A stretch of DNA of 63,778 nucleotides, filler included, from Octopus bimaculoides (lineage: Eukaryota): NCBI RefSeq assembly GCF_001194135.2. It is 4 parts of 3 records of this genome, joined end to end, with 100 filler letters (N's around TTAATTAATTAA, not from the genome) between each part and the next. Parts side by side here need not be neighbours in the genome. Positions count along the whole stretch, not along the records: positions 50,458 to 63,778 come from NC_068986.1; 3 more parts are not named here. One strand, written 5' to 3'. Both the position numbers and the translations under genes were made by a program. Shown here piece after piece: positions 50,601 through 63,778 of the stretch; positions within the stretch are counted from its first letter, which is position 1, and every line of letters starts with the position of its first letter. The notes beneath the pieces were generated by a model, which saw only the letters and a list, made by a program, of their open reading frames with translations, was not told the DNA's origin and made no database searches.

Positions 50601-52049
50601 AAGAGGTAAGTCCAATAGAAAGGAAGACAGAGGAAGAAAATCGCCAACGGTTCACATGTGGTTACATTTTGAAATATACTTATATACAGGCATATATATA
50701 TATATTAACAACAAGCAAGATGAAGACAAATAGCTATCAAATGTAAATAATGTAAATAATGTTCCTTTCTTTACATTGAGTCTATTATATGGCACACTAA
50801 GTAGATGCACGAAGTTGCGAAGAAAATATGTAAAAGTAATTGTGTGACGTCTTGGGCAAGTTTTCTACTATAAACCCTGGCAGACTTTGTGAGTGAATTT
50901 GATCGGAGGAAACAGTAAGGAAGTCCATCGTGTGCGTGTGTGTGTGGGTGTGGGTGTGTGTGTGTGTGTGTGTGTACACGCGTGTGTGTATGTGTGTGTA
51001 CACGCGTGTGTGTATGTGTGTGTGTGTGTGTGAGTGCGCGCGCGTGTTTTTGCGTCTGTGTTCGGCCCCTTCCAACTGCTTCATAACTGGTGTTGATTTG
51101 TTTACGTTGCCTTAACTTAGTGCCTCCGACAAAAGAGACCGGTAGAAAAAGTACCATACTTGGAAAAAAATCAGTACTACTGATGATCTCCTCGAGTAAA
51201 ACCCTCTAGGGCTATGTCGAAGCATGGCCACAGTCCAGTGACCGAAACAAGTAAAAAGATAAAAGATTATGTATCGAGTTTGCTGTCTAAGCTGTGAAAT
51301 CTTTTGCTTTTCAGGATCATTAAACTTTTCATTTCCTCAGATCCAAATTACATACGACCGAGTACAAAATACATGGAATCAATCGATTTATAGAATATAA
51401 ACCGATTTATTCACAATCTTACTTTAGCAGAGTCCATTTATTTTTAAAGAGTTTCAAAAAGAAATATCAAACAAAAAGAAATATAAAACAAAAAGAAATA
51501 TATCATGAAACGAAACGAACCGTATGAAGGGCAAAATCCGTGAATTCATGAAAACATCGTTCACGGTGATGATTCAACTAGGAAGTATGACATCACGCAA
51601 AAAGGTCAATATGTCGACACACATGTCTAGGACGACTGTACTAGTTAAAAATGTAGCATTAAGAAGAATGGATGCAATGATATAAAAAGGTCACAAGAAT
51701 GAAAATCCAATTTGTACAGAGTACGTGTGTGTAATGCTGTTAAAGACTGATAAAAAAAAAAAAGACATATTCATAGACAACATTAAAATCGAGAATCCGA
51801 GGAGTCGGTTGTGGATTGTGTCGTCACTAAGTAAACCGAATAAAACAGTAATAAAGATATTTTTATAACTACTTCCTCTATATTACTGGTAGTCAGGCAA
51901 AGAAACATACAACCAGACACCATAAAGTATCTAGTTCAGGTCAAAACTCTCCGCACTAATGAGAGAAATCAATATCAAGTGAGAGATAAATCATTTCTAC
52001 TTGTCACTTTACATAAAACTATATACCATAACGTCTGGCAGTAATTATA

Positions 52050-53094
52050 CCCCTGAACCGCAAAAGAAACGTTTCATCCATCTGCTCGCGAAACCATTGG
52101 CACTGNNNNNNNNNNNNNNNNNNNNNNNNNNNNNNNNNNNNNNNNNNNNNNNNNNNNNNNNNNNNNNNNNNNNNNNNNNNNNNNNNNNNNNNNNNNNNNN
52201 NNNNNNNNNNNNNNNNNGTCGTCGTTCACGAGGGCCTCTCCTCCCCGCCCGCCACAGTCAGGCACGACTACAGTGGGCTACACAGCATCGACATTGGTGG
52301 CATCAACAAAGAAGGTGGATAGTCATCTCTGACGAGAGCTAGTGCTACGTTTCCACCTCGGATGGCAGAGTGAAGGTGTGGCGTAGGAGGGATGAACGAT
52401 ACAGAGACGCATGTGTCATGGAGAGAGATTCGTAGGGTGGTCAAAGCATCATGGCTTGGGGTGCTATTGGCCTGAATCAGAGAATTGAGCCCCATGTGTT
52501 CCAAAATGTTGGTGCAGGCAGAGGGAATGGCATAACAGCACAGCGCTATGTTGACCAGACCCTAAGACCTCACATCGTGCCCTTCTTCGCGTGTCACCAT
52601 AGCCACGTGTTCCACAGGACAATGCTTCCTCTCACACGGCCACTGCGTCATCACAACATCAGAACCATGCCGCGGCCGGCTTTCAGCTCGGATTTGAACC
52701 CAATTGAACAGCTGTTGGACGAAATCCAGAGACAGCTGAACCAGCTGGTCCCAAGGCCGACAACTCGTGTGGAACCGGAGGCAGCTTTCCTCAAGGTGTG
52801 GGTACAGGTGCCAATGGCTTTTGTGAACTGCCTCATTCACTCCATGTACCGACAGTACATGGCCGTTTTGAACAACTAGGGAGGGAATACACGGTATTTC
52901 ACATGTCATGCCCTACAATCTCGATGTGCCGGATCCACCCACTATCAGAACATATGACAACGACCCATAGATTGTGTTCAAAGCGCATTTAAGAAATTGA
53001 CTTTATCAGATTTATCAAAATTTATCTCTGACATAATGAAATTAAAACATATTTCACAGTTACCCACGTCTCGCGTTTCTTTTGCAGTTCAGTG
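52050..53094 (+). mobile_element. Tc1 (DD34E-type) transposon, inactive, both ends present
   Basis: TA TSDs at 52048-49 and 53095-96; TIRs ctgaacc/tgcaaaagaaacg; SDES, GG.SIMAWGAI, frameshifted QDNA, DLNPIE; in-frame stops. Confidence 0.9.
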
Positions 53095-53269
53095 TATTTC
53101 ATTTCTTAGGCAATTGGAGCAACTCAACTCATCAAACGATACTATCAGTTATCCAGTTATAAATTTAAGATTTCTGTATATAATTAAACAAAACCGCAGT
53201 GGTTCAACCATCGAAGACCAAAGATCGCACACACACACACACACACATACAGACACACACACACACACA

Positions 53270-53345
<76 letters not shown>

Positions 53346-55715
53346 TGTATGTATGTATGTATGTATGGAGGCGCAATGGCCCAGTGGTTAGAACAGCGGA
53401 CTCGTGGTCATAGGATCATTTCAGAGTTCTTCGCTTTGACACCAAAAGAGTTTTACATTGATGGTAATTAAAAAAGCTTGTAAATAGATGGAAGGAAGTC
53501 ATAGATAATCAGGGAAAGTACATTGATGATTAAATTTCAATTAAATATAACATTTGATCACTTGTTTTCTTTATTCAAAATTCGGACAGAACTTATGGGA
53601 TGACCTGATATATATATATACATATATCTTTTATCATTCGCTTGTTTCAGTCAGTTGACTGTGGCCATACTGGGACACCTCCTTAAAATTTTAGTCGAAT
53701 GCATCGACCCCAGTACATATNNNNNNNNNNNNNNNNNNNNNNNNNNNNNNNNNNNNNNNNNNNNNNNNNNNNNNNNNNNNNNNNNNNNNNNNNNNNNNNN
53801 NNNNNNNNNNNNNNNNNNNNNNNNNNNNNNNNNNNNNNNNNNNNNNNNNNNNNNNNNNNNNNNNNNNNNNNNNNNNNNNNNNNNNNNNNNNNNNNNNNNN
53901 NNNNNNNNNNNNNNNNNNNNNNNNNNNNNNNNNNNNNNNNNNNNNNNNNNNNNNNNNNNNNNNNNNNNNNNNNNNNNNNNNNNNNNNNNNNNNNNNNNNN
54001 NNNNNNNNNNNNNNNNNNNNNNNNNNNNNNNNNNNNNNNNNNNNNNNNNNNNNNNNNNNNNNNNNNNNNNNNNNNNNNNNNNNNNNNNNNNNNNNNNNNN
54101 NNNNNNNNNNNNNNNNNNNNNNNNNNNNNNNNNNNNNNNNNNNNNNNNNNNNNNNNNNNNNNNNNNNNNNNNNNNNNNNNNNNNNNNNNNNNNNNNNNNN
54201 NNNNNNNNNNNNNNNNNNNNNNNNNNNNNNNNNNNNNNNNNNNNNNNNNNNNNNNNNNNNNNNNNNNNNNNNNNNNNNNNNNNNNNNNNNNNNNNNNNNN
54301 NNNNNNNNNNNNNNNNNNNNNNNNNNNNNNNNNNNNNNNNNNNNNNNNNNNNNNNNNNNNNNNNNNNNNNNNNNNNNNNNNNNNNNNNNNNNNNNNNNNN
54401 NNNNNNNNNNNNNNNNNNNNNNNNNNNNNNNNNNNNNNNNNNNNNNNNNNNNNNNNNNNNNNNNNNNNNNNNNNNNNNNNNNNNNNNNNNNNNNNNNNNN
54501 NNNNNNNNNNNNNNNNNNNNNNNNNNNNNNNNNNNNNNNNNNNNNNNNNNNNNNNNNNNNNNNNNNNNNNNNNNNNNNNNNNNNNNNNNNNNNNNNNNNN
54601 NNNNNNNNNNNNNNNNNNNNNNNNNNNNNNNNNNNNNNNNNNNNNNNNNNNNNNNNNNNNNNNNNNNNNNNNNNNNNNNNNNNNNNNNATATATATATAT
54701 ATATATATATATAAAAACATGCACACAGATATATAACTGCACATATATATATATATTTCATTGTGTTCATGTGTGTGTGAATACACATATCAATAGAGTC
54801 ATACACATATGTGTATATTCTTGTATTTGTGTGTGTGTGTGTACATGTTTGTCGGCAGTTGCTTTTCTTTTCTTTGTTTGAAACGAACGTCATAATATAA
54901 ACATACATATATTTTTTTACGTCAAATATTTAATACCAACTTAATGAATTTCTAATACGTTTCACGCTATATCTCCCATGGTTTCAAATATTTTAATACT
55001 TTATAATAGCATCAAATTTTAATTTCAACGATCTACATATGCTGATTTTATATTTATAATAACAAACTCATAGTGTGCAGGAAATATTTAGTTCCCCAAT
55101 TGTTCCATTTTGTTGTAGTATTTCATGGTGACTTGCTGAGCAATTGATTTTGGTTTCTGGAACCAAACTGTAACTACAACAACCCTGTAGCGAAGTTAAG
55201 TAGTGAGGGTGGTGACAGTGAGGGGCCCACCCCGGGTGACCTTTTATGAGGGAAGAATTTTTAGGTCTGCTGTATAAGCCCTGTATAAGCGGCGGGTGAA
55301 GGCCGTCTTAGCAGCATTATTGGCTTTCGGGTTTTATGGTGTTTGAGAGCAAACCCCAGCAAACAGATCAGAATTGGGACCTGGAACCTGTGAGGTCCCG
55401 AGCAACTGCGCAGTGTGCCCATGACATGAGAAAGTACTGAGCGTGGTAAGGAGGGGTGGAAAACTCGAGGACTGCTCCGGGCTGCACGCGCTCTAGTTAC
55501 ACAACCACAGTAACCCGATATCTTTTGTTTATAAGTTGATTGTAATTACTCATTCACCCACCTGCATCATTTTTACAGCTGTGTCATTCATGGAGTAAAC
55601 AGCAGACTGTTTTTGTATTGAAAGTACAGGATGGGTTTTGGAAAGTTGATAATTGTTTAGTATGAAAAAAATGTACAAAGTATATAAATAGAAAAATGGG
55701 AAATGTATACCGACA

Positions 55716-55754
<39 letters not shown>

Positions 55755-55922
55755 GCCTGGATGAATGATAACAATTTTGCTTGCCAACCACATAGTTCCA
55801 GGCTTAGTCCCACTGCGTGGCACCTTCAACAAGTGTCATCTACTATAGCCACGGGTCGGCCAAAACCTTGTAAATGAATTTGGTAGATGGAAGGTAGAAG
55901 TAGACAGTCATATGTGCGTGTG

Positions 55923-55955
<33 letters not shown>

Positions 55956-56412
55956 AGGCGTGTCTGAGTGGTAACAATTTTGCTTCCCAACCACATGGTT
56001 CCAAGTTCAGTCCTATTTCGTGGAACCTTGAATATGTGTTAACTACTAAAAGATAAACGATATGTTTCGCTTATAACATTCATAGAAATTTGATTTTATA
56101 ATACTATAAGTTTGACATAGTGTATGAAATAATATAATATTCTAGTCGAATATTTTGCTCTAGGTTTATATGGGAACTTGTAGTGTATAATGTTTTAGTT
56201 TAATTTTATCGAGAATGTTTTCATATTGCATCAAACTTGTTTTTTATTTTTAAAATCTTTATCGATCGTGTACAAGTATTAACTTTCTTAATATCGTTCG
56301 AGATAATTTCACACTATTTTAAGAATATAAATGCTTAAGTGCAGAGATGGTTGTGTGGTTAAGAAACTCACTTCGCAACCATGTGTTTTAGTGCTTAGTC
56401 TAACTGCACGGT

Positions 56413-56690
56413 GGAGGCACAATGGCCCAGTGGTTAGGGCAGCGGACTCGCGGTCATAGGATCGCGGTTTCGATTCCCAGACCGGGCGTTGTGAGTGTTT
56501 ATTGAGCGAAAACACCTAAAGCTCCACGAGGCTCCGGCAGGGGATGGTGGCGAACCCTCCCGAGAACTACGTTAAGGGTACACGTGTCTGTGGAGTGCTC
56601 AGCCACTTACACGTTAATTTCACAAGCAGGCTGTTCCGTTGATCGGATCAACTGGAACCTTCGACGTCGTAAGCGACGGAGTGCCAACAA
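56413..56690 (+). mobile_element. SINE family C, internally deleted, nested in a family B SINE
   Basis: 13-bp TSD ctaactgcacggt at 56400-56412 and 56691-56703. Confidence 0.85.
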
Positions 56691-57278
56691 CTAACTGCAC
56701 GGTACCTTGGACATGTGTTTTTTTCTACAGTCCCAAGCCGACCAGTAAGTGGATTTGGTAATCCTGTCATGTATATTCTTTTATGTGTTTCAGTCATTGG
56801 ATTGCGGCCATGCTGGAGCACCGCCATTAGTCGAACAAATCTACCCAAGGACTTATTCTTTGTAAACCAAGTACTTATTCTATCGGCCTCTTTTGCCGAA
56901 CCACTAAGTTACAGGGACGTAAACACACCATCATCGGTTGTCAATTGGAGGTGGGAAACAAACGCAAACACACAGACATATACTTACATATATATATGTA
57001 TGTGTGTGTGTATACGAAGGGCTTCTTTCAGTTTCCGTCTATAAAATCCATTCACAAGGCTTTGGTCGGCCCGAGGCTATAGTAGAATATATATAACTTT
57101 CATCTGGAGCACCGCTTTGAAGAATTTTAGTCGAATGAATCAACCTCAGTATCTGTTTGTTTGTTTTTAACCCTGGTACTTATTCTATCGTTCTCTTTTC
57201 GCTGAACAGCTACGTTACGGGGACGTAAACAAACCAACACTGGGTCGAGCGGTGGTGGGGACAAACATATACACAATA

Positions 57279-57377
<99 letters not shown>

Positions 57378-57564
57378 GTTCACAGATGAGATCCAGATAT
57401 TTTTTGTATAGATGACACTTAGTAGTGCTCAAAAGATTCAAACTTAGACTCCAATGTCTTTACTGGGGATCATTCCACAGGGTAAAGAAAGGCTATATGA
57501 GGGATCAAGTTGAGTGGATATAGAGGCAATTATGTGGATAAACAAATTAGATATATTAAATACA

Positions 57565-57930
57565 ATAGTATGGTGGCACGTAAAAAACACCATTCGAGCA
57601 TGGTTGATGCCAGTGCCGCCTGACTAGTCCCCGTGTCGGTGGAATGTAAAAAGAATCTACTACACTCTCGGAGTGGTTGGCGTTAGGAAGGGCATCCAAG
57701 TGTAGAAATTTTGCTAGATCAAATTGGAGCCTGGTGCAGCCTCCTAGCTTGCCTTGCCAGTCCTCAGTCAAACCACCCAACCCATGCTAGCATGGAAAGT
57801 GGACGTTAAACGACGATGATGATGCTGATGGTGGTGATGATGATGATGATGATGATGATGACGACGACGACGACGACGACGACGACAATGACGATGATGA
57901 CGATGATGATGATGATGATGATGATGATGA
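57565..57930 (+). mobile_element. RTE-tail repeat (family E); other copies at 27630-27925, 39230-39745, 47090-47265 (-)
   Basis: ctcggagtggttggcgttaggaagggcatcc…acccatgctagcatggaaagtggacgttaaacgacgatgat(GAT)n. Confidence 0.75.
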
Positions 57931-57995
57931 TCTCGACGTATTTTTATATTTTTATGCGATCAAAAATAGGGGGAAAAAAAACAAAACAGGTAATA

Positions 57996-58040
57996 GATGT
58001 ACATGCATATTTCAAGAGTTAATGGTCTTTCATCAGCACC
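57996..58040 (-). ncRNA. Minimal type I hammerhead ribozyme motif (core intact)
   Basis: GGUG-CUGAUGA-AAGA(ccauuaac)UCUU-GAAA-UAUGCAUG-UA/-CAUC: all three helices can form; helix III is near-palindromic. Confidence 0.6.
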
Positions 58041-58634
58041 ATATCCAACCCATCAACTATCCATGAACGCATTACTTCAGTACCCACAATATTGACTTGT
58101 AAGCCTTTAATATACGCGGTTTTAATATATTCAGAAATAAGTAGTAGCGTCTATTTGTTTCGACTGAATACTTCAAAGCGGTTCCCCAGCACGGGCGTAG
58201 CCCAATGACTGAAACAAGCGAGAAAAAAAGCGAGTTGCAGTCATGGTTGTACGATTAAAGAGCTTATTTTGAAATCACTTCGTTTCGGGCTCAGTCTACC
58301 ACGCGGCACTTTGGGCATATGTCTTCTTCTATAACCTCGGCTCGACATATACATTGTGAGTGAATTTGATAGAGTCTGATAGAACCAGTACCAGATTTTT
58401 TTAATTACTGATGTCGACTTGTTCGACTAAAACCCCCTGTAGATGGTACCCCAGCATGGCCTCTGTCCAATGAGTGAAGCACGTAAAAGATAAAGAAAAG
58501 GGTTTAGTATGGTTTTGCATCTTCGAGTATAGGTGCTTGTATACGCTTACTTGTGTATGGACGCCCTTAGACAAAGAATGACCCACCCCTTTCAGCACCT
58601 CCGAAACTTGTGGGTGAAAGAGAAGGAAATATCT

Positions 58635-58886
58635 CAGTTGTTCTCAACCAGGGTCCATATGGTCCTTAGGGGTCCATAGAAGATTTTGTTGTTACAATCT
58701 ATGTGCAATAAATCGGTTATACATCTACAATACACAAAATATTTTAACAATTTTTGTTATACAATTCCTAATACTATTTAATTATAAAAATATCATATTT
58801 TTAAACACGAGGGTCCACTAGAGTAAAATAGGGATCAAAAGGGTTCATAGATAAAAAATATATATATATATATTTGAGAACCACTG
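58635..58886. mobile_element. hAT-type MITE, same family as 7003-7343
   Basis: cagttgttctcaacc … ttgagaaccactg; TSD aaatatct / aattatct (7/8). Confidence 0.75.
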
Positions 58887-59577
58887 AATTATCTGAATTA
58901 CCTAATCCGAGTGTTTGTAACTGAGTATATTCCATGGACCGGGTGATAGTGGTAAACTGGGTGGTGGGGGGACCTTTACAGCTAATAGCGGCAATGCTAC
59001 TTCCCACAGGCTTCTATAGTTTTTGTTACCAAATTTCATTTACAAGGCTTTGGTCGAACTGAAGCTTTGGTAGAAGATATTTGCCTAACATAGGATCGAA
59101 CAGGAAAGCGCGTCCCTATGAAGCTAATTTTGTAATAACCTTTCTACTATAGGCACAAGGCCTGAAATTGTGGAGAACGGGACTAGTCGATTAGATCGAC
59201 CCTAGTACGCAACTGATACTTAATTTTTCGACCACGAAAGGATGAAAAGCAAAATCGACCTCGGCGGAATTTGAACTCCGAACGTAAAGACAGACAAGCT
59301 AATTTTGTAATAACACACACAGTGCGTCTGTGTGCGTATGGTATATTTGTCTATGAAAGTGAGTCTGCGTGTGTATGTGTGTGTTTACATCACTATATTT
59401 GTTTTGGTACGGTTTCGTATATTTATATGTTTTTATGTGTCTCTGCAGTCGTACATGTCATTCCTACATTAATAGACCTGCAATGAAATTTCTTTACTGT
59501 TACACACACACACCTAAATACATATGTATATTATATATTTTTGTATGTATGCATATATATGTGTGTGTGTGTGTATA

Positions 59578-59935
59578 CGAGAGGTCTGATCGATAAGTAT
59601 CCGGACTGTTGCCATAATAACGAAGCTAAAGTACGCAAAGTAAAGGCACTTGTGTGTGGCTCATACGCTCCTCTCCATACACTTTCTGCAACTTTGCGTG
59701 GGCCTCTGAGCAGGTATCGCTATGACAACTTTTTCTGTCATAGTCGATGCGACAATCACACGCTACACACCCTCCTTCCAAGAACTGCTGTAAACAGTGA
59801 AAGTGAGCTACTAGGTTAAAACTTAGTGCACATGCACAGTAGAGTTTAAGGTCAATCGGTGCCAAGCTGCTTCACTCTTCGTGCTTTACCTTCGTTACTA
59901 TGGCAACAGTCCGGATACTTATTGATCAAGCCACG
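59578..59935 (-). mobile_element. Internally deleted mariner (MITE-like)
   Basis: TA flanks; ~55-bp TIRs (gatc[ag]ataagtatccggactgttgccata); residual HTH SEAHAKLQKVYGEERMSHTQV. Confidence 0.85.
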
Positions 59936-61027
59936 TATATATTTATATATGACAATCCCTTTTATATTTATTTACATGTTTAAAGATATAGAGAAAATAT
60001 AAAGTGAGGATTGAGAGAACTGTTTGAATAAAAGTTCGAGAGAAAGAATACTAAATTATACCTATTTGCCATCTGTGTAAGTCATTTTCAGATTCCACTC
60101 CAAAAACAACAGTTTAAAGTTCTTTCCCTTCCACATAAACAAATGCTCAATGCAATAACTTTATTAGTATCAACTCAAACATTGATAATTTACTCTAGAG
60201 GATACTCTGTATTTGTATAAACATTCATAAGAACAAGCCACTCTAGTGAAAATAATAGAAATTAACGCTTTGTTGAACAAATCTTACTGACTGAAAGCGT
60301 TGAACTTTATATATCATAAGCAGACATGTTAAACTAGAAGAGATAGTGCTACACGTACACATGAGGGAGTATAGACCGATATAAAAAAAATAAGGTGGAA
60401 AGCAGAAAAAGAAAGAAGGGAGTGAAAGAAAATAAGAAAGGAAAGTTTGATGTTAGAAAGACAGATTTACTGAACTTATTCTCCTGAATTATTTGTAATG
60501 CGATGTGAGTGGAAGAAAGGTATTTCTTACGTAAATGCGTTATTTGCATACAGGAATTTAAAAACAAAACAGTTTAGCATAATGTATTTAAATAAAACAT
60601 GATGGACATAATTTTCACTTCGAATACTTCGCTAGAAATCTCTAAGGGAACTTGTGGAGTGTGTTTTCATGTTTTTACCAAGAATATATATATTTATTTC
60701 AAATCTGTTTTTACATTTTTAAATCTTTATTGATAAGTGTACAAGTATTAACATTTTCCAATTGCGTTCGAGATAACTTCACGTTATTTTAAATACGTGT
60801 GTGTGTGTGTGTGTGTGNNNNNNNNNNNNNNNNNNNNNNNNNNNNNNNNNNNNNNNNNNNNNNNNNNNNNNNNNNNNNNNNNNNNNNNNNNNNNNNNNNN
60901 NNNNNNNNNNNNNNNNNNNNNNNNNNNNNNNNNNNNNNNNNNNNNNNNNNNNNNNNNNNNNNNNNNNNNNNNNNNNNNNNNNNNNNNNNNNNNNNNNNNN
61001 NNNNNNNNNNNNNNNNNNNNNNNNNNN

Positions 61028-61080
<53 letters not shown>

Positions 61081-61276
61081 CACACACACATACATACATG
61101 TATATATTTGTATGCATATGTCTATACACACACATTAATGCTAAAGATGAGCAGTCGCAGTTAAATACAACACGTGTTACGAAAGCAGAAATCCGTCAAA
61201 TTATATGTGCAATTACGTCATAGTATAGTGATGATCCCCCTCCCAGTTAGACATATCGCTACTTATTATTACTAAG

Positions 61277-61562
61277 ACAGGGTGCTAGCAGAGTCGTTAC
61301 AGCGCCGGGCAAAATGCTTAGCGGCATTTCGTCTGCCTTTACGTTCTGAGTTCCAATTCCGCTGGGGTCGACTTTACCTTTCATCCTTTCTGGGTCGATA
61401 AAATAAGTACCAGTTGAACACTGGGGTGTCGATTTTGACTTTCATCCTTTCAGGGTCGATAAATTAAGTACCAGTGAAACACTGGTGTCGATATAATCGA
61501 CTAGTCCCCTCTCCACACCCAAATTTCAGGCCTTGTACCTAGTGTAAAAAGGTTTATTATTA

Positions 61563-61598
<36 letters not shown>

Positions 61599-61790
61599 GC
61601 ACACCGGACAAAATGCTTAGCGACATTTCGTCCGTCATTACGTTGAGTTCAAATCCCACCGAAGTCGACTTTGCCTTTCTTCCTTTCGAGGTCGATAACT
61701 TAAGTACCAATGAAACACTTGGGTCTATGGAATCGACTTATCCTCTCTTCCACAAATTTCAGGCTTTGAGCCTTTAGTAGAAAGGATTAT
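61277..61790 (+). repeat. Tandem family A SINE units with (ATT)n spacers
   Basis: Repeated aaatgcttagcg…gtcgactt…taagtacca units. Confidence 0.75.
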
Positions 61791-62860
61791 TATTATTATC
61801 ATTGTACGAACGTATAATTATACATACATACATACATACATACATACATACATACATACATACATACATAGTATGTTAGTAAATGCTTAAAGGAGATTAT
61901 GGATAAATTGGAATTTTCAGAAAGAGAAATTGACCGGCTAATTCATACAAATGCAATTTGTGAGTGGAACAGTAAAAATATGCAAGACCTTTCTCAAGTT
62001 CAAAACGTGAATTTCTCTGTGTTAACTACATCCCAAAGATGGAGCCTTGTATCTTTGTTGGAAACCGACTCCCCACTCAGTGGTAGTTTTATAATCATTA
62101 AAAAATAGAAGAGACATACATTCGCGTGTGCACACACATTTTATGCATATGTGTGTGCTTTTGTATTTGTCTCTCTCCACACAGGTTGACAGCTGGTGGT
62201 AGTTTGCTTACCAGATCTGCAAAAGAGAGCGGTAGAATAAGTAACAGACTTCGGCATCTAACCACAATTCATGTGGCAGAATCGAACCCGTAACCTCGCG
62301 GCTGTGAGCGAACTGCTCAACGATTCGGACATACTACACTATATACATACATACATACATACATACACACACGCAGCATACATACACACGTACATACATA
62401 TATGTGTGTATGTGCGTGTGTGTGTGTATGTGCGTAATTCTAATAAATGAAAATCGTTAGAATTTTGATCAATCCTTATAGTTTTGCAATGCGAATAATT
62501 GTTATAATTGTTAATCGTAGCCCACTCTCTACATCTTAATACGATTGATACGTTAATAGGAAAAAGTAGGCCTTGAAATTGTAGGCCTTGAAACTTGAAG
62601 ACCTCTAGTGGTAGTGCTTAATGAACCCGAGTTCTTCTGACGAAAACATTAGAGCGAACAATAAAGCAGAGCTTATACAAATGCTGCCTGACGGGGATAC
62701 TTGTTGGAAGATTAGAGATATCTTTAATCAATCAAAAAGAGACAAGCGATAAACAATCACTGAAGAAGTCGCAAGATGTGTGACTAAAGAGCTTACGCAA
62801 AGAAACTAAAATGTGTTTGTGTGCGCATGTGCTTGCGTACAAGAATATGCATGTGTATAT

Positions 62861-63255
62861 GCAGGTGTGGCTGTGTGGTAAGTACCTTGCTTACCAACCA
62901 CATGCTTCTGGGTTCAGTCCCACTGCGTGGCATCTTGGGCAAGTGTCTTCTACTATAGCGTCGGGCCGACCAAAGCCTTGTGAGTGGATTTGGTAGACGG
63001 AAACTGAAAGAAGCCCGTCGTATATATATATATATATGTGTGTGTGTGCGTGTTTGTGTGTCTGTGTTTGTCCCTCCAACATTGCTTGACAACCGATGCT
63101 GGTGTGTTTACGTCCCCCGTAACATTAGCGGTTCGGCAAACAAGACCGATAGAATAAGTACTAGGCTTACAAAGAATAAATCCTGGGGTCGATTTGCTCG
63201 ACTAAAGGCGGTGCTCCAGCATGGCCGCAGTCAAATGACTGAAACAAGTAAAAAA
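62861..63255 (+). mobile_element. SINE family B, full length, with internal (TA)n(TG)n; other copies near 2472-2640, 20633-21150, 32322-33300, 48686-48985, 49280-49758, 50780-51266, 55780-55960, 56341-57300
   Basis: gtggctgtgtggtaag…gggttcagtcccactgcgtggca…ggcggtgctccagcatggccgcagtcaaatgactgaaacaagtaaaa recurs many times. Confidence 0.88.
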
Positions 63256-63268
63256 AAAAGAATATATA

Positions 63269-63300
<32 letters not shown>

Positions 63301-63715
63301 TGCATACATACATACATATACATGGATACATTAAATTGTGCAAGTTGTAATGATAATTTAAGAACATCAAAACCACACTCTCACACGCACACAAACACAC
63401 ACACACACACATATGTATGTATAGATTTGTATTAGTATTTAGCAGAAGTAACTGATGTGTATGGGGAAAGAGAGAGAGAGACGTAGCCAGATTGCAAACG
63501 TGGAAATATACACATGCTAAGTTACAGTAGATGGTGATGTGTGGGCTTATATAAGAATATGATGTAATAAGCGCCGAATCACCTGACGTCTGAGAGTTGT
63601 TTGACTTTTAACTGTCAGGTCATAGCTATGTTATGACAGCAAACTAAGGAAAAGTTTCTCTCTCTCTTTTTCTCTCTCTCTCCCTTTTTTCTCTGTCTCT
63701 GTCTCTGTCTGTCTG

Positions 63716-63778
<63 letters not shown>

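Noticed and set aside
60640-60797. GTCGVC frame as the missing vWD2 CGLC exon
   Set aside because: Weak acceptor, no GN(F/Y)NG continuation, and it lies in a duplicated non-coding segment whose other copy is closed by stops.

Overview
Eukaryotic, AT-rich, gap-ridden genomic DNA packed with microsatellites and tRNA-derived SINEs. The repeat landscape looks like a cephalopod (Octopus-type) genome; this is an inference. Main content: (1) The 5' part of a + strand, multi-exon gene encoding a secreted Cys-rich protein: signal peptide, EMI-like, EGF, TB/8-Cys-like, vWD1, C8, TIL, vWC/E, vWD2. It is most similar in layout to SCO-spondin (hemocytin/otogelin/gel-mucin superfamily). 13 coding exons (1903 nt, ~634 aa) were traced by hand from 25456 to 48623. 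From 27291 on, the 12 exons join in frame with matching splice phases; the junction after exon 1 falls in a gap. The gene continues into gaps or beyond the window. (2) A candidate second gene on the - strand, head-to-head with the first (start codons 356 bp apart), encoding a signal-peptide-like N-terminus (MEETSTIRQLKICFGLILISSVLYNFHHCFCSEE...). (3) About ten minimal type-I hammerhead-ribozyme motifs of the Penelope-terminus kind. Four have intact or nearly intact cores, and one lies just inside the first intron of the candidate - strand gene. (4) A layered TE record: R4/Dong, Tx1/L1, CR1, HERO, RTE and Penelope relics; Tc1, mariner, Tigger and hAT elements/MITEs; at least five SINE families. 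Almost all ORFs in the supplied track are microsatellite, SINE or N-gap artefacts. All homology calls come from motif recognition by eye; no database search was run.
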